A stretch of DNA of 63,369 bases, counting the filler, from Candidatus Tectimicrobiota bacterium (GTDB lineage Bacteria; JACPSX01), in assembly GCA_016193065.1 (NCBI GenBank). It is 7 parts of 7 records of this genome, joined end to end, with 100 filler letters (N's around TTAATTAATTAA, not from the genome) between each part and the next. Parts side by side here need not be neighbours in the genome. Positions count along the whole stretch, not along the records: positions 60,228 to 63,369 come from JACPSX010000143.1; 6 more parts are not named here. The stretch is one strand, 5' to 3'. A program made the position numbers and the translations under genes. Below are positions 60,955 to 63,369 of the stretch, one piece after another (within the stretch, counting starts at the first letter, position 1; every line of letters begins with the position of its first letter). Under the pieces are notes generated by a model, which saw only the letters and a program-made list of their open reading frames with translations, did not search any database and was not told the origin of the DNA.

Positions 60955-61383
60955 CTAATGAGCGCTGGATCCCTGGCTGCGGAGCTCCTGCGCTTCAAAG
61001 CTCCGAAACTTCCCCGCCGCAACCCACTGAGGCCAACGGGTCCCCCGGTGTTCGTTTTTTTCGGCAGGATCTCCCTCCAGGTAATGGCAGACCCGGCATT
61101 CCCGGGCCTGGGTATACGGGGGCCTGTCGTAGAGTCTCACGGCGGAAGAGACGTGCTGGTCGGGAAGGAAACCCTTGTGGACGTGGCAGCCCTGGCAGTA
61201 ATCGTTGATGATCCGGTTGTTCTCCGTGAACTCAAACTTGCCCTGCAAGGCCTGTTCTAATCGGGTAGTGGAACAGGAAACCAGAGCGAGAAGGAGAATT
61301 CCGGCCAGCAGGCTGTACTGCGGAACTCCCCGGAACCATCGGCTCACAGTATCCTTCCCCTTCTGCGCAAAAACTCCCCTCAC
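60955..61383 (-). CDS. Diheme cytochrome c lipoprotein
   Basis: Lipobox LVSC; CQGCH and CRVCH; start may lie downstream. Confidence 0.82.
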   Translation of the reverse strand: MRGVFAQKGKDTVSRWFRGVPQYSLLAGILLLALVSCSTTRLEQALQGKFEFTENNRIINDYCQGCHVHKGFLPDQHVSSAVRLYDRPPYTQARECRVCHYLEGDPAEKNEHRGTRWPQWVAAGKFRSFEAQELRSQGSSAH

Positions 61384-61552
61384 CTTTCTCTCTTCTCCGG
61401 TAGGAAAAAAAGGATAAGGTGAGAGCCCGTCTCGTGATGCCCGGGAGGGCTAAAGGCCCCTGGCTGCCAACTGAGATAAACGCCAGCCGAGAGTAGTGTC
61501 TAAACGCTCTAAAGTCAAGCCGAAATTGGGTTTCGGCAATATGCCGCTTGGA

Positions 61553-62357
61553 CTATTCGACTTTGGTGGGCGGCGGGCCGAATAAATGGTTCACGACTGC
61601 CTGCAAGTCTGGGAGATTCGCACCTTGTCCCGTGAGGAAGAAGACACCCACCACCAGGCTAAACACCCCGGCGATGACTCCAAGGATCATGTACACATTA
61701 CGCTTGGCAGCAGCAGAAACGAACCCGAAGGCCGAAAATGCGGCCACCAGGGAATTGGAAATGACAAGACCCAGGACAAAGGAGAGGAGCAACAAGGAGC
61801 CCGTAAGCGCGGAGGTCGCACCGGCCGCGCTGGCCAGGAGCAAGGTCTGAGTGCCGGTTTCCGCTCCAACCCCGTGGAGCATGCCGACGCCATAGGCGGT
61901 CTTGGGACCATACTGGGCATTCTCTTGGAAATGCTCGATCCTCTGTCCGGTCATCTTCCTCTTGAGCGCCTTCCAACCGCGGGCCGCCAGGGAAAACACC
62001 AGCATCCACCGGCTGCGCAAACGAAACGATTTGCCGTAGCGCCAGATCGAATAAAAGATCCACAGTCCCAGCAAGAAGCATGACCACCACACTGGCATGC
62101 CCCAGCGCATAGAGTTCGGCCAGGAAAAAGCTCTCTCTTGCCTCAAGGAAGCGTTGAGTTCTAGGCACCGCGACGGCGACAGTCTGTTCTTGGACGGAAA
62201 GGAAGCCTATATCCGCTTTTTCCCCCGCCTCTGGTTCATCGCTTTTCATCGTGGAACCCGTGATGTCGGTGATGGCGGCGATGTGATCCCAGTCGATGCC
62301 GTGCCGAAGTCCAAGCACGACTCCCAGACTGATCAGTGTCAGGATGCCGCCTTCCAA
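61553..62357 (-). CDS. HoxN/HupN/NixA (NiCoT)-like nickel/cobalt transporter; frameshifting deletion near 62080
   Basis: GLRHGIDWDHIAAI and YALGHA in one frame, GMLHGVGAET in another; directly downstream of nikR. Confidence 0.85.
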
Positions 62358-62377
62358 GTTGCCTACCTCCTAAGAAT

Positions 62378-62415
62378 CCCCTCTCCCCAGGGGGGAGAGG
62401 GCCAGGGCGAGGGGG
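62378..62415. repeat. REP-like hairpin
   Basis: ccctctccccagggggagagggccagggcgagggg. Confidence 0.65.
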
Positions 62416-62447
62416 CGCCGCTGTATACACCCACGCTATGAATTCCG

Positions 62448-62864
62448 TCAGGTCAGCCTCTTGCCCGTCGTGGTCACCACGAGCTTGCCGTGTTTGACCC
62501 CTTTGGTGCCGATCAGGCGGTCGGCGATTTTCTTGATTTCGTTTCCCTTTCCCCGCACTACGAGGACTTCGAGGCAGTTGTGCTCGTCCAGGTGGACGTG
62601 CATGGTGGACACCGTGGCTCCATGAAAATGGTGCTGCAGATCCGTCAGGGTATCCGTGAGCTCGCGGGTGTCGTGGGAGTAAACCAGGGTGATGGCTCCC
62701 ACAATTTCCCGGTCGCCCGCATCCCATTCCTGTTTGACCAGATTGTCCCGGATCAGATCCCGGATGGCTTCGCTGCGGTTCGAATAGCCTTTGCGGGAGA
62801 TCAGGCTGTCGAACTTCTTGAGGAGATCCTCCTCCAGGGAAATACCGAATCGGGTGAGGGACAT
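62448..62864 (-). CDS. nikR: Nickel-responsive regulator NikR
   Basis: RFGISL ribbon, [11 protein letters not shown] and [11 protein letters not shown] motifs. Confidence 0.96.
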   Translation of the reverse strand: MSLTRFGISLEEDLLKKFDSLISRKGYSNRSEAIRDLIRDNLVKQEWDAGDREIVGAITLVYSHDTRELTDTLTDLQHHFHGATVSTMHVHLDEHNCLEVLVVRGKGNEIKKIADRLIGTKGVKHGKLVVTTTGKRLT

Positions 62865-62877
62865 GGGAAAACTCCGT

Positions 62878-62904
62878 GTGCTACAAATTTAAAATCCGTA
62901 GCAC
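62878..62904. promoter_or_regulatory. Putative NikR operator
   Basis: Perfect palindrome GTGCTAC-N13-GTAGCAC between nikR and a candidate TTGACA-N18-TATAAA promoter (62935-62906, minus strand). Confidence 0.8.
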
Positions 62905-63055
62905 GTTTATACGGCATGGTAGGGGAGTGTGTCAATTCTTTTTTCCTCTTTGGTTCCGGTTCCTGGAGCCGGGTGCGTTCTGGTGGCAATGAGTGCTTTT
63001 TGGTATCATCTTGAACGTCTGTTCCGCTCGTTGTTTGCCGGCTCCCGGCAAGGGA

Positions 63056-63369
63056 ATGGAGATCGGGAACCAGGTGTTTGAGCCCTCCTATCTTGCCACC
63101 CATCGCAGGGGCGAACTGGAAGGGAAGGTCCAGGCGGCCCGGGATCTGTTGCGATCCTGCCGGATTTGCCCCCGGGAGTGCGAGGTCGATCGCCTGGCCG
63201 GAGAGCGGGGGGACTGCAACACCGGCTTCCTCCCCATGATTTCCAGCTACAACGCCCACTTCGGCGAGGAGGCCTGCCTCACGGGCTTCCGGGGTTCCGG
63301 GACGATTTTTTTCACCTCCTGCAACTTGCGCTGCGTCTTCTGCCAGAACTACGAGATCAGTCACCGAAT
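63056..63369 (+). CDS. PflX-like radical SAM protein (partial)
   Basis: CRICPREC, HFGEE, GSGTIFF and CNLRCVFCQN; open to the window end, so absent from the ORF track. Confidence 0.9.
   Translation, partial: MEIGNQVFEPSYLATHRRGELEGKVQAARDLLRSCRICPRECEVDRLAGERGDCNTGFLPMISSYNAHFGEEACLTGFRGSGTIFFTSCNLRCVFCQNYEISHR

Noticed and set aside
60790-61500. Riboswitch-like stems near 60840-60900 and 61420-61490
   Set aside because: I could not match the conserved cores of c-di-GMP, fluoride, cobalamin or NiCo riboswitches by eye.
62801-63364. 187-aa minus-strand ORF
   Set aside because: It is the shadow of the plus-strand radical SAM gene starting at 63056.

Overview
This is a concatenation of 7 contigs from a draft genome or MAG of a GC-rich bacterium. 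The contigs are joined by 100-nt N/TTAATTAATTAA spacers, so gene order across the spacers carries no meaning. Contig 1 holds two adjacent complex I (nuo) gene sets; the second lacks nuoB/E/F/G/I and its NuoL has a 26-aa duplication in the lateral helix ('2M'-type signature). Contig 2 holds lipB-lipA-pdhABC-lpdA. Contig 3 is decayed mobile DNA (dnaE2 fragment, IS630, a cassette-like ORF). Contig 4 has a heme-sensor kinase and a sigma54 activator ahead of an operon for an Fe-S protein, NrfD, an SPFH protein, a Tat molybdoenzyme and a hexaheme cytochrome. Directly after that operon lies the most unusual element: an ~8.5-kb array of three cargo modules (TA genes, a restriction-modification pair, lipoprotein/membrane genes, attC-like relics). 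Each module is headed by the same TTGACA-N17-TAGAGT promoter, and modules are separated by a 176-bp repeat carrying an alternative copy of the cytochrome gene 3' end. Contig 5 has a GH15 hydrolase and a broken LuxR-type regulator. Contig 6 has pheT-pheS-rplT-rpmI-infC-thrS, tRNA-Val, mce, clpX-clpP-tig and a tRNA-Leu half-site (att). Contig 7 has nikR, a nickel transporter, a diheme lipoprotein and a PflX-like radical SAM gene. Several genes, including essential pheS, carry short internal deletions that are probably assembly artefacts.
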